A stretch of 64,000 bases of DNA, from positions 16,190 through 80,189 of the forward strand of contig CANKAU010000007.1 of NCBI GenBank assembly GCA_947479915.1, written 5' to 3'. A model generated the notes under the pieces. The model ran no database searches. It was not told the DNA's origin and was given only the letters and a program-made list of their open reading frames with translations. The translations under genes were made by a program, and so were the position numbers. This document shows positions 1-9,033 of this stretch, piece by piece; within the stretch, counting starts at the first letter, position 1; each line of letters begins with the position of its first letter. This stretch comes from Chloroflexota bacterium (lineage in GTDB: Bacteria > Chloroflexota > Dehalococcoidia > UBA2979).

Positions 1-539
1 GCGACGAGCTGCGCCTTCAGCTGCCGCCAGACCGCCGGGAGGTAGCGCACGTCGTCCAGCGCGTATCGGAGCTGATCCTCGGACAGCGGTCGGCGCGACC
101 ACTCGGTGTACTGCGCGCCCTTGTCCAGGTGCACGCCGGCCATGCGCTCCACGAGCGCGCCGTAGCCGATCTGCTCGCCCATGCCGAGGAATGCCGCGGC
201 GATCTGCGTGTCGAAGACCTTCGTCGCGCGAACACTGAACGCCGCGCCGATCAGCGCGAGGTCCGCCTGCGCGGAGTGGATGATGACCTCGACGTCATCG
301 CGGGCAACGAGGTCGATGACGGGACGCGGGTCGACGCGCAGCGGGTCGATCGCGGCGACGGTCGGGGTGTCGTGATCGCCCCAGCCCACCTGCACCAGCG
401 AGAGCTCGGCGACGTAGCGACCTTCGGTCATGAACTCGAGGTCGAGCGCGAACCAGCCGCACCGCGCGATCTCGGCGGCGATGGATGCCACCTCGGCGGC
501 ATCCGTGACTGGGGTCGGAAGTTGTTGTTCGACGGTCAC
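1..539 (-). CDS. rnd: Ribonuclease D, 5' portion; gene runs off the left edge
   Basis: Not in the ORF track. Manual translation gives FALDLEFMTEGRY...IIHSAQADL...VFDTQIAAAFLG...IGYGALVE...LDKGAQYTEWSRRPLSEDQLRYALDDVRYL, the DEDDy RNase D motifs. GTG start at 539 lies 7 nt after an extended -10 (TGtTATCGT). Confidence 0.93.
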   Translation of the reverse strand, partial: MTVEQQLPTPVTDAAEVASIAAEIARCGWFALDLEFMTEGRYVAELSLVQVGWGDHDTPTVAAIDPLRVDPRPVIDLVARDDVEVIIHSAQADLALIGAAFSVRATKVFDTQIAAAFLGMGEQIGYGALVERMAGVHLDKGAQYTEWSRRPLSEDQLRYALDDVRYLPAVWRQLKAQLV

Positions 540-652
540 CGTCGCGACGATAACACGCGCAGCCGCTGAGAACGCCTCCCGCACGGGCGGTGAGCCGCGT
601 CCGGAGATATGCTGGAGCCACCATCCCTCAGTCCAGCAGCCGGAGCGCGGCC

Positions 653-1321
653 GTGACGAACCCCCTTCCCGACGAGGAACGCACCGAGCCGTTGCGGCTC
701 ACGGTGGTCTCCGACTTCATCTGACCGTGGTGCTACATCGGTCTCGTGGAGATCGAACGGCTGTACCGCAACTGGGACATTCAGCTCGACTGGGCGCCCT
801 TCTTCCTCGACCCGTCCATCCCGCCGGAGGGCCGTCCGCGCGCCCCGCAGGCGCCCGGTAGCCCCGAGACGCCCGTGGAGGCCCGCGGCAAGCGCCTCGG
901 CCTCGACTTCCGTCGAGGTCGCACGTTCACGCCGCACACGATCCTGTCGCTTCAGGCGGGCGAGTGGGCCGCCGCGACCGGGACGACGCAGCAGGTGATC
1001 GACTTCCACCGGGCGCTGTTCAAGGCGTACTTCACGGACTTCGAGGACCTGATGCAGATCGACACGCTCGTCCGGCACGCCGACGAGGTGGGACTGGACG
1101 GCGCGACGCTGCGCGAGGTGCTGGAGCAGGGCACCTTCGCCGACACGACGAACGAGGCGATCGAGCAGTCCTACGCGGTGGGCGTGCAGGCGATCCCGAC
1201 GTTCATCCTCGACGAGAAGTACGCGGTGGTCGGCGCGCAGGAGTACGACACGCTGGAGCGCGTGATGGAGCAGCTCAAGGCGAAGCGCCGCGAGACGCCC
1301 CTCCCCGACCCGCACGCGTAG
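653..1321 (+). CDS. FrnE/DsbA-family thiol-disulfide oxidoreductase, probable selenoprotein (UxxC; in-frame TGA at 722-724)
   Basis: GGAG RBS then GTG at 653. The frame reads ...LRLTVVSDFI-TGA-PWCYIGLVEIERL, continuous with ORF 746..1321, which has the FrnE-type GVQAIPTF motif. The TGA sits at the first Cys of the SDxxCPWCYIG motif. Confidence 0.88.
731..770 (+). promoter_or_regulatory. Putative bacterial SECIS element
   Basis: Stem TCGGTCTC (738-745) / GAGATCGA (749-756) with one G-U pair, and apical loop GTG whose G is 22 nt after the UGA. The stem can extend with TACA/TGTA and TGC/GCA. Confidence 0.7.
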
Positions 1322-1425
1322 CGGCTTCGAGCGACGTGTCGGGTGAGGGGGCGGCGTCGAGTGATGAGAGAGCTGGCTAACGCGGGGCGCTCAACTCGGT
1401 TCGCCGAAGTACCGAAGCCACGCGG

Positions 1426-1947
1426 TCACTCCGAGTACCCGATCGCCTCAAAGACTGAGACAAATGGTGCCGGAGGCTGCGCGGAGACGGACACCCCGAA
1501 GCACCTTGGGTAATTCGTCGTTGGCGCACCTAGGTACCAATCAGAGAACTTCGGCATCGGGAAGTCGAACGTCCCGCTGCCTTGATCGTCGACTAGTACA
1601 GCCGCCGGAGTCAGTGTCGGTGCAGGATGATCAGTGCCTTGTAGGTGGAGGGCTGCGGAAACTCGGCTCCTCGGTGGAAAACCTGTGATCGACACGGTGA
1701 CTCGCTCACCCGGCTTAGCGGCCAAGGGTGAAATCGCCACTACCCGCGCCTGCCCATCTCTCGCCGCCTGTGATCGGTAGTCGGTACGACTCTCGGCGCA
1801 TTGATCGGGAGCGGGCTGTGCCTGTGTGTCTGTCGCTTGAAGCGACGCGACCGTCGGCGACGCGGTCCTCGTCGGACGAACTGACGGCATTCCGCATGCA
1901 GCGAGAAGCACACAGCCGACGATGGCGGCCCGCCTGATGCGCTTCAT
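1426..1947 (-). CDS. Hypothetical lipoprotein; paralogue of 12556..13086
   Basis: Lipobox LLAAC and atypical, more AT-rich codons. Core ISPLAAKPGERVTVSITGFPPRSRV resembles IVPAAPALGDRVTLRISGFPATTRL in 12556..13086. Confidence 0.7.
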   Translation of the reverse strand: MKRIRRAAIVGCVLLAACGMPSVRPTRTASPTVASLQATDTQAQPAPDQCAESRTDYRSQAARDGQARVVAISPLAAKPGERVTVSITGFPPRSRVSAALHLQGTDHPAPTLTPAAVLVDDQGSGTFDFPMPKFSDWYLGAPTTNYPRCFGVSVSAQPPAPFVSVFEAIGYSE

Positions 1948-1994
1948 ACGTGGACTCCGCGATTGCGCCCGCCCCGCTCGCGGGGCGACGCGCG

Positions 1995-2450
1995 CTACAC
2001 GCGGCGGGGCAGCTCCACGACGGCGGTGCCCTGCACGGGCTTCTCGCCGCGATCGTTCTCCAGCGTGACGTCGAGGTGGACGGCGCCCGCGCCGGTGCCC
2101 TCGAAGTCGCCCTCACCGTTGACGTCGGTGACCAGCGCCACACACCGGAGCAGATCCTCGTGGTGGACGGGGCGGCGGAACGAGACGTCCAGGCTCAGGA
2201 CGCGGCCCAGCGGGCCCATCCAGTCCGTGACGAGGCGCGTGAGCATCGAGGCTGACATGGGGCCGGGGACGATCGGCGCGGGGAGGCCGGCGGCCTTCGC
2301 ACGCACCGGGTCGGTAAAGCGGCCGCCGCCGTCCGGCAGGCCCGCCGCGGCGATGAACGCCACCACGTGGTCATGCGTCGGCTGCTGGGTCTCCTCGAAC
2401 TCGTCGCCGACAGAGACATCCTCGAAGTAGCGCTGAGTCAGATCGGCCAC
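1995..2450 (-). CDS. MaoC/hotdog-fold dehydratase-family protein with atypical catalytic motif
   Basis: YFEDVSVGDEF, AKAAGLPAPIVPG and FRRPVHHEDLL are typical MaoC segments. Confidence 0.85.
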   Translation of the reverse strand: MADLTQRYFEDVSVGDEFEETQQPTHDHVVAFIAAAGLPDGGGRFTDPVRAKAAGLPAPIVPGPMSASMLTRLVTDWMGPLGRVLSLDVSFRRPVHHEDLLRCVALVTDVNGEGDFEGTGAGAVHLDVTLENDRGEKPVQGTAVVELPRRV

Positions 2451-2451
2451 G

Positions 2452-3663
2452 CTATTCCCCCTCGCCCGTCGGCTTCACCTGGCGGTGGGCGCTGGTGCTC
2501 TCCACCGCGGCCACATCCTCGCCGTGCTGGTTGGCGTAGCGCGTGCGGCGCACGACAAAGACCATACGGCCGCTGCGGCCGGTCTTCTCGTACACCTCCT
2601 TCACCTGTGCGAAGCCCTCGATCGTGTCACCGGGGCGCACCGGGAGGTAGTACTCGTGCCGCTGCCCGGCCATCATCGTCGTGTCGCCGAAGGTGACCTT
2701 CGGGTCGGGCGGGCCGTCCATGCGCACGGACTGCACGATGCCCGGCGGGGCGATGATCCCCTTGTGCGGGCCGGCCGCTGCGAACGCCTCGTCGGTGTAG
2801 AGCGGATTGGTCTGGTCCAACGCCTCGCAGTACTCCGCGATCAACTCGCGCGTGACCTCGAACTTGCCGACAGGCACCTCGCGCCCCACGACGGAGCGGT
2901 CGTACTCCAGGTCGTCGCCACCCAGGCTGCCCTGCCCGCTGGTGCCCGGCAGGAACACCGCGGCGCCCGAGGGGCGCGGACGCGGCTCGACGCCGTCCTT
3001 CGTGTCGTCCAGGTACATCGGCGCGAACGAGGCGCTCGGGTCGCGCAGCGTGGCGACGAGGTCGTCCATCGTCTTGATGGTGCGGTCGAAGCGGGTGAGG
3101 CAGCGGCCGAGCGCGCTCACGAAGTGCGAGTCCGACGAGCCGATGACGCGCAGCCCGCGCGCATCGGCGAGGTCGAACGCGCGGCCGTTCTCGTAGTCGT
3201 TGCTGCCGCCGTTGAGCGCCTCGATCACCCGGACGCCCTCGAGCGTCACGCCGCGCTCATCGACGTGCTCAACGCAGCCGATGCGCGGACGCCCCGCGTG
3301 CGCACCGACCGCAACACCACCGGTCTCCCACGCGGCCTTGAAGACCTCCTCGTACGGGAGGGATACCGACGACAGATCGAACTTCGCAAGGAACTCCGGC
3401 GTGACGCCGAAGACCAGCACGTGGCCGATCGTCGTCTCCACCTCGACGCCGCGGAGCACGACGGCGTCGTAGCGAGCCGCCAGCTCCGAGTAGTCGCGAT
3501 CGAGGTCGAAGCGCCGGTGCTCGGTGACGACGAAGCCGTCGATCTTGAAGCCGAGCTTGCGGCGGGCGGCGATCCATTTCAGGTAGCCCTCCACCGTGCC
3601 GCCGGCATCATCGGATCCGTCCGAAGAGTGCACGTGGAGATCGAGGTACGTAGCGTCAGGCAT
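2452..3663 (-). CDS. PHP-domain metallohydrolase fused to a C-terminal MaoC-like (FAS1/HadA-type) domain
   Basis: N-terminal PHP ligands DLHVHS, TEH, GVEV..GH, AH, GSSDSH. C-terminal hotdog motifs YCEALDQTNPLYTDE...IIAPPG...PVRPGDTI. Confidence 0.85.
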   Translation of the reverse strand: MPDATYLDLHVHSSDGSDDAGGTVEGYLKWIAARRKLGFKIDGFVVTEHRRFDLDRDYSELAARYDAVVLRGVEVETTIGHVLVFGVTPEFLAKFDLSSVSLPYEEVFKAAWETGGVAVGAHAGRPRIGCVEHVDERGVTLEGVRVIEALNGGSNDYENGRAFDLADARGLRVIGSSDSHFVSALGRCLTRFDRTIKTMDDLVATLRDPSASFAPMYLDDTKDGVEPRPRPSGAAVFLPGTSGQGSLGGDDLEYDRSVVGREVPVGKFEVTRELIAEYCEALDQTNPLYTDEAFAAAGPHKGIIAPPGIVQSVRMDGPPDPKVTFGDTTMMAGQRHEYYLPVRPGDTIEGFAQVKEVYEKTGRSGRMVFVVRRTRYANQHGEDVAAVESTSAHRQVKPTGEGE

Positions 3664-3740
3664 CAGGCAGGCCTTCCCGCAAACTCCCGGTGGAGCGGCG
3701 TCGGGGTGGAGTGGCGATTGTCGCGCGCAATCGCAGGGCG

Positions 3741-5264
3741 TCAATCCGAAGCGTGATGGTCTTCCGTGAGGCGAGCGCGCACGAGGTGGCGCTGCACCTT
3801 CCCGGATGCCGTGCGCGGCAGCGCGTCTGTGCCCACCTCGATGCGGCGCGGCACCTTGTACGCGGCGAGCCGCGCGCGCAGGTGCGCATCGATCGCCGCG
3901 ACGTCGAGGCCACCCGTGCCGGCTGCCGGCACCACGACCGCAACCACGAGCGCGCCCCAGCGCTCATCCGGGATGCCGACCACCGCGCATTCCTCGACGC
4001 CCGCGAACGCGAGCAGTGCGGACTCGACCTCGGCGGGGTAGACGTTCTCTCCGCCGGAGACGATCAGGTCGTCGCGCCGGTCGGCGACGTAGAGGTAGCC
4101 CTCGTCGTCGAGGTACCCGAGATCCCCCGTGTGCAGCCACCCGTCGCGGATCGCCTCGGCAGTGGCCTCGGGCCGGCCGAGGTAGCCGGCGCAGACGGTC
4201 GGTCCGCTGACGACGATCTCGCCGATCTCGCCGGACGCCGCCTCTGCGCTCACGCCCTCGGCAGTCGCGACCTCGATGCGGACGGTGGTGCCGGGCAGCG
4301 GCAGCCCCGCGGAGCCGAGCTTGCGCAGCGCGTCCGCCGAAGACAGCGTGGCGACCTGCGAGGCGGTCTCGCTGAGGCCGTAGGTCTGCAGCACCGGCAC
4401 TCCACGCGCGGCGGAAGCCTCCAGCAGCGGGCGCGGCGCGGGGCCCCCACCGAGCAGCACGGCACGGAGCGTCGAGGGGTACGGCGCGTCGTCGAGCGCG
4501 TACATGCGCTGCAGCATGTTCGCAACGACCGATAGCAGCGACACGCGCTCCTCGCGCACGGAGCGCACCACGCGCGCCTCGTCGAAGCGCTCGTGGATGA
4601 CGGCGGTCGTGCCGTAGATCGCGCTGCGCAGCAGGATCGACAGCCCACCCACGTGGTACAGCGGCAGGCATGCCAGCCAGCGATCGGCCGCCTCGACACC
4701 GAGGTTCGCGGCCGACGCCACGGCGCTCCAGTAGAAGTTGCCGTGCGTCAGCACCGCGCCCTTCGGGCGTCCCGTAGTGCCGGACGTGTAGATCACGCTG
4801 TGCGGCTGCTCGAACGGGATCGAGGTCGACCCGACGAGCGGCGTCGCCGTGTGCCATGCCTGGTCGTCGGCGGGCAGCAGCGTCACGCCTGCCTCGGCGG
4901 CGGCGGCGCGCGCTTGCTCGAGGTGATCGGCGTCCGCGATGAGGTAGCGCGCGCCCGCGTCGCGCAGCTGCCACGCGATCTCGCCCGCAGTGAGTCGTGC
5001 GTTGTGCGGGGCGAGCATGCCGCCGGCGCGCGTGATCGCGTGCGCGAAGACCGCGAAGCCGTTGCCGTTCGCGTGCAACAGACCGACCGGTTCCCCCGGC
5101 GCGATGCCGAGCGCGGCAAGCCGCCCGGCCGCCGGTGCCACGCGCGCCTCGAGGTCCGCGTAGGTGAGCGCTTCGCCGTTGCACTCGACGGCGAGCGTGT
5201 CGGAGTGCGTCACAGCGCGCCGCGCGACCCAGTCGCCGAGGTCCACCGAGAGCAGTTCCGGCAT
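3741..5264 (-). CDS. menE: o-succinylbenzoate-CoA ligase
   Basis: AMP-binding motifs YTSGTTGRPKG, YGLSET, GWLHTGDLG, SGGENVYP; located in the men cluster. Confidence 0.92.
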   Translation of the reverse strand: MPELLSVDLGDWVARRAVTHSDTLAVECNGEALTYADLEARVAPAAGRLAALGIAPGEPVGLLHANGNGFAVFAHAITRAGGMLAPHNARLTAGEIAWQLRDAGARYLIADADHLEQARAAAAEAGVTLLPADDQAWHTATPLVGSTSIPFEQPHSVIYTSGTTGRPKGAVLTHGNFYWSAVASAANLGVEAADRWLACLPLYHVGGLSILLRSAIYGTTAVIHERFDEARVVRSVREERVSLLSVVANMLQRMYALDDAPYPSTLRAVLLGGGPAPRPLLEASAARGVPVLQTYGLSETASQVATLSSADALRKLGSAGLPLPGTTVRIEVATAEGVSAEAASGEIGEIVVSGPTVCAGYLGRPEATAEAIRDGWLHTGDLGYLDDEGYLYVADRRDDLIVSGGENVYPAEVESALLAFAGVEECAVVGIPDERWGALVVAVVVPAAGTGGLDVAAIDAHLRARLAAYKVPRRIEVGTDALPRTASGKVQRHLVRARLTEDHHASD

Positions 5265-5274
5265 GGCGCTTCCT

Positions 5275-6387
5275 CTACCCCGTGACCCAGTCACCCTCGG
5301 CGACCTGCGCCCACGCGCCGTCCTGCGGCGCGATACCGAGGCCGGGCGCATCGAACGCGCGGAGCATGCCATCGTGCGCGACAAGCGTCTCCGCCACGAG
5401 GTCAGCCGCGAGGTGTTCGCCGGTGCCGAGGCCGTGCGCGATGCCGCCGGGGATCGCCCCGCCGATCGCGCTCGCGAGATGCAGTGCCGCCGCCGTCCCG
5501 ATCGAGGAGTCGAACGTCGTCGTCGCAAACGCGCCGATGCCCAAGCGCGCCGCGCGCTGCGCGATCGCGAACGCGGGTCGGAGTCCCCCGAGGAACATCG
5601 GCTTCAGGACGACGAGGTCCGCCGCGCGCAGTTCGAGGACGCGCTCCAGCGTTGCGGGGTCAGTCACTGACTCATCGGCGGCGATCTTCGGCGCCTCGTC
5701 CCCCAGCGCACGCGACGCCTCGCGCACGCGGGCGAGTGCCTCGACGTCGCCTGCGGCCACGGGCTGCTCGATCAGCTCGATGTGCAGCGGCGCGAGCGCG
5801 CACACGGCTGCGATCGCCGTCCACTCGTCCCACGCGCCGTTGGCGTCGAGGCGGATCGCGGCGTCCGGGACGGCATCCCGCAGTGCGTGGATCCGCCGCA
5901 CGTCGTGCTCGGGGCTGGCGGTGCCCACCTTCGCCTTCAGCACGCGGTAGCCCTGCGCGCGGGCCTCCGCGCCAAAGCGCGCGGTCTCCTCGGGCGTGCC
6001 TTCGCCAATGACCGCGTTCACGCGCACCGCCGGCGCCACGTGCTCCGTCAGCAGCGCGGCGATCGGCACCCCGGCGCGTTGCCCCTCGAGGTCGAGCGCG
6101 ACGACGTCCAGCGCGCAGCGCAGCGCCTGCACTCCGGGCGCACGAGGATCGAGCGCTTCGGCGAGCCCCGCGAGCAGCCCGACGTCGTGCCGCGCCAGCA
6201 GCGCGAGTACGTCTTCGATCGTGCCGTAACCGAGTGATGCGATGGGTGAGGCCTCGCCGTAGCCGACCCGCCCGTCGTCGTCGCGCACCTCGATCAGCAC
6301 GCCGCGGCGATCCGCCATCGCGCCGTGCGCCGCCTCGAAGCGGTGTCGCATCGGCAGGCGGAACGCGCGCCAGCGGAGAGATGCCAT
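5275..6387 (-). CDS. menC: o-succinylbenzoate synthase (enolase superfamily)
   Basis: LKAKVG, RLDANGAW, IEQP, ADES, VLKP motifs; men cluster context. Confidence 0.9.
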   Translation of the reverse strand: MASLRWRAFRLPMRHRFEAAHGAMADRRGVLIEVRDDDGRVGYGEASPIASLGYGTIEDVLALLARHDVGLLAGLAEALDPRAPGVQALRCALDVVALDLEGQRAGVPIAALLTEHVAPAVRVNAVIGEGTPEETARFGAEARAQGYRVLKAKVGTASPEHDVRRIHALRDAVPDAAIRLDANGAWDEWTAIAAVCALAPLHIELIEQPVAAGDVEALARVREASRALGDEAPKIAADESVTDPATLERVLELRAADLVVLKPMFLGGLRPAFAIAQRAARLGIGAFATTTFDSSIGTAAALHLASAIGGAIPGGIAHGLGTGEHLAADLVAETLVAHDGMLRAFDAPGLGIAPQDGAWAQVAEGDWVTG

Positions 6388-6389
6388 GA

Positions 6390-7283
6390 CTAGTTCGAGA
6401 GGCCGATCGCGAGCAGCAGCCCGAAGATCAGGTGCAGGCGCGCCATCGCACGGAGCGCGGCGTTCAGCGGCGGCCCGTCCGTACGGCGCAGCGAGACGGC
6501 GACCGGCATGATCGCAGCGGGCACGGAAAGCCACGACAGCAGCACGAGGCCGGAGAAACTCCCGAGGAGCCACAGCCCCGCTGCCGCGACGTACGCCCCC
6601 GCGACCACGACCACCAGTTCTGCGCGCGCGAGCCGCCGACCGAGGTACACCGCGAGCGTGTACTTCCCGGCGAGCCGGTCCTGGTCGATGTCGCGCACGT
6701 TGTTCACCACGAGGATCGCGGTCACCGTCAGCGCCACGGGCACCGACGCCGCGAGCACGTTGCTCGTCACCCGACACGCGTCCACGGCGCAGGACTGCAC
6801 GTAGTACGTCCCGGCGACCGCGACGACGCCGAAGAAGATGAACACGAAGACCTCGCCCAGGCCGCGATAGCCGAAGGGCCACGGGCCGCCGGTGTAGGTG
6901 ACCGCTGCGAGCATCGAGGCGAGCCCGATCGCGACGATCGGCCAGCCTCCGAGGTACGTGAGGTAGAGGCCGGCCACGGTCGCGAGCGCGAAGAAGGCGA
7001 TCACGCCCAGCGTGACCTGCCGTTCGGACAGCAGCCCGCGCTGCGTGACGCGGATGGGGCCGAGGCGCGTGTCCGTGTCCGCGCCTCGACGAAAGTCTGA
7101 GAGGTCGTTCGCGAGATTCGCGCCGGCCTGCAGAGCGAGCGCACCGAAGAGCGCCGCGAGCGCGGCCAGTGGCGCGCGGATGCCATCGTGCACGGCGACG
7201 CCGGTGCCCACGGCGACCGGAACAACGGCGGCGGTCAGCGTGGGCGGGCGGATCGCCATCAGCCACACGCGGAAGCGGCTCAT
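6390..7283 (-). CDS. menA: 1,4-dihydroxy-2-naphthoate polyprenyltransferase
   Basis: AIRPPTL, NLANDLSDFRRGAD and NNVRDIDQDRLAGKYTL UbiA/MenA motifs; multiple TM helices. Confidence 0.95.
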   Translation of the reverse strand: MSRFRVWLMAIRPPTLTAAVVPVAVGTGVAVHDGIRAPLAALAALFGALALQAGANLANDLSDFRRGADTDTRLGPIRVTQRGLLSERQVTLGVIAFFALATVAGLYLTYLGGWPIVAIGLASMLAAVTYTGGPWPFGYRGLGEVFVFIFFGVVAVAGTYYVQSCAVDACRVTSNVLAASVPVALTVTAILVVNNVRDIDQDRLAGKYTLAVYLGRRLARAELVVVVAGAYVAAAGLWLLGSFSGLVLLSWLSVPAAIMPVAVSLRRTDGPPLNAALRAMARLHLIFGLLLAIGLSN

Positions 7284-7320
7284 CGTCGGCTCCGAGGCGG
7301 CACGACCGGCGGCCGAGGCC

Positions 7321-8151
7321 TTAGCCATGGAACGGCAGTCGCTGGAACTTGCTGAAGTCGGGCTGGCGCTTCTCGACGAACGAGTTGCGGCCTTCCTTCG
7401 CCTCGTCGGTGGTGTAGTAGAGCATCGTCAGATCGCCCGCGAGCACCTGGAGGCCCGTCGCGCCGTCCGTGTCCGCGAGGAACGCGTTCTTCAGGAAGCG
7501 GATCGCGGTGGACGACTTCGCGAGGATCTCGTTCGCCCAGGTCACGCCCTCGGCTTCGAGGTCTTCGAGCGGCACGACCTTGTTTACGAGGCCCATGTCC
7601 AGCGCCTCCTGCGCACCGTACTGGCGGCAGAGGTACCAGATCTCGCGGGCCTTCTTCGTCCCGACGAGTCGCGCGAGCATGGACACGCCATAGCCCGCGT
7701 CGAACGAACCGACGCGCGGGCCGGTCTGCCCGAAGCGGGCGTTCTCTGCGGCGATCGTGATATCGCAGATGACGTGCAGCACGTGGCCGCCGCCGATCGC
7801 GTAGCCCGCCACGAGGGCGATCACCGGCTTCGGCATCTCGCGGATAAAGCGCTGGAGCGGGAGCACGTTCAGCCGCGCGCTGCCCTCGGTGTCCACGTAG
7901 CCGGCGTGGCCGCGGATGCGCTGATCGCCGCCGGAGCAGAAGGCGCGGCCGCCGGCGCCGGTGAACAGCACCACGCCGATCGCGTCGTCCTTCGCCGCGT
8001 CCATGAACGCGTCGGCCAGCTCGTCGATGGTCAGCGGGCGGAAGGCGTTGTGCACCTCGGGGCGGTTGATGGTGATCTTGGCGATCCCACCCGACTTCTC
8101 GTAGACGATGTCGGTGTAGGTCTTGGCCGCCTGCCAGCGGATGTCGGTCAT
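7321..8151 (-). CDS. menB: 1,4-dihydroxy-2-naphthoyl-CoA synthase
   Basis: [45 protein letters not shown]. Confidence 0.97.
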   Translation of the reverse strand: MTDIRWQAAKTYTDIVYEKSGGIAKITINRPEVHNAFRPLTIDELADAFMDAAKDDAIGVVLFTGAGGRAFCSGGDQRIRGHAGYVDTEGSARLNVLPLQRFIREMPKPVIALVAGYAIGGGHVLHVICDITIAAENARFGQTGPRVGSFDAGYGVSMLARLVGTKKAREIWYLCRQYGAQEALDMGLVNKVVPLEDLEAEGVTWANEILAKSSTAIRFLKNAFLADTDGATGLQVLAGDLTMLYYTTDEAKEGRNSFVEKRQPDFSKFQRLPFHG

Positions 8152-8174
8152 CGGTCCCCCTGCACGTTTCGGGA

Positions 8175-9029
8175 TCAGGACTGGCGCTCGCGCACACCCA
8201 CCAGGAACTCGCGCACCATCGCGTTGAACGCGTCCGGCCGCTCCAGGTGTGCCGCGTGGCCGGCGTCCTCGATCAGACGCATCGTAATGTCCGGGATGGC
8301 TTCGGCCATCTCCCGCGCGATCACGCTGAACTTCGTGTCCAGCGTACCCGCCGTCAGGTGCACAGGCACCCCGATCCCACCGAGGCGGTCGCCCACCCAC
8401 TCCTGTGAGCCGGTGCCCATGCCGCGCAACGACCCCGCGAGCCCCACCGGGTTCTGCGCGAGCCGCCCTCGACGCAGCGCCGCGCGCTGGTCAGCCGAAA
8501 GCGTGCGCTGCTGGCTGTCCCACAAGGCGATGGACTGCCAGAAGTCGACGAACGCCTCCAGCCCCTCCCGTTCGAGGCGCTGCGCCAGCACCTCGTCCGC
8601 CGCCACGCGCGCTTCACGCTCCTCGGCCGTCGCGAGGCCGGGCGTGGCGCCCTCCAGGAACAGCGCGGAGACGACGTCGGGGCGGTGCACCGCCACCTGC
8701 AGCGCGACGCGCCCGCCCAGCGAGTAGCCGAGCCACGCCGCACGCTCGTGCCCGAGCACGCGGAGCAGCGCCGCGAGGTCATCGACGGCGCGGCGCATCT
8801 GGTAGCGGTCGAGGGCGACCGGGCAGCCCGAGCGCCCGTGCCCGACGAGGTCGACGGCGATCGTGGTGAAGTCGGGCGCGAGTACCTCGACGAGCGAGCG
8901 CCACGAGGCACCCGTGCCGGTGAAGCCGTGGATCAGGACGACGGGCGGGCCGTTCCCCGCCACCTCGGCGTGCAGGTTCAGCCCATCGATGTCGACGTCG
9001 TGGCCGGTCGAGGCGATCGGAGCGGCCAC
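8175..9029 (-). CDS. menH: SHCHC synthase (alpha/beta hydrolase)
   Basis: [29 protein letters not shown]; located between menD and menB. Confidence 0.92.
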   Translation of the reverse strand: MAAPIASTGHDVDIDGLNLHAEVAGNGPPVVLIHGFTGTGASWRSLVEVLAPDFTTIAVDLVGHGRSGCPVALDRYQMRRAVDDLAALLRVLGHERAAWLGYSLGGRVALQVAVHRPDVVSALFLEGATPGLATAEEREARVAADEVLAQRLEREGLEAFVDFWQSIALWDSQQRTLSADQRAALRRGRLAQNPVGLAGSLRGMGTGSQEWVGDRLGGIGVPVHLTAGTLDTKFSVIAREMAEAIPDITMRLIEDAGHAAHLERPDAFNAMVREFLVGVRERQS

Positions 9030-9033
9030 CGGG

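Noticed and set aside
722..724. TGA read as a nonsense mutation making the DsbA-like gene a pseudogene
   Set aside because: The stop falls exactly on the redox Cys, is followed by a SECIS-like hairpin, and the rest of the gene is intact. Recoding is the better explanation, pending evidence of sel genes.
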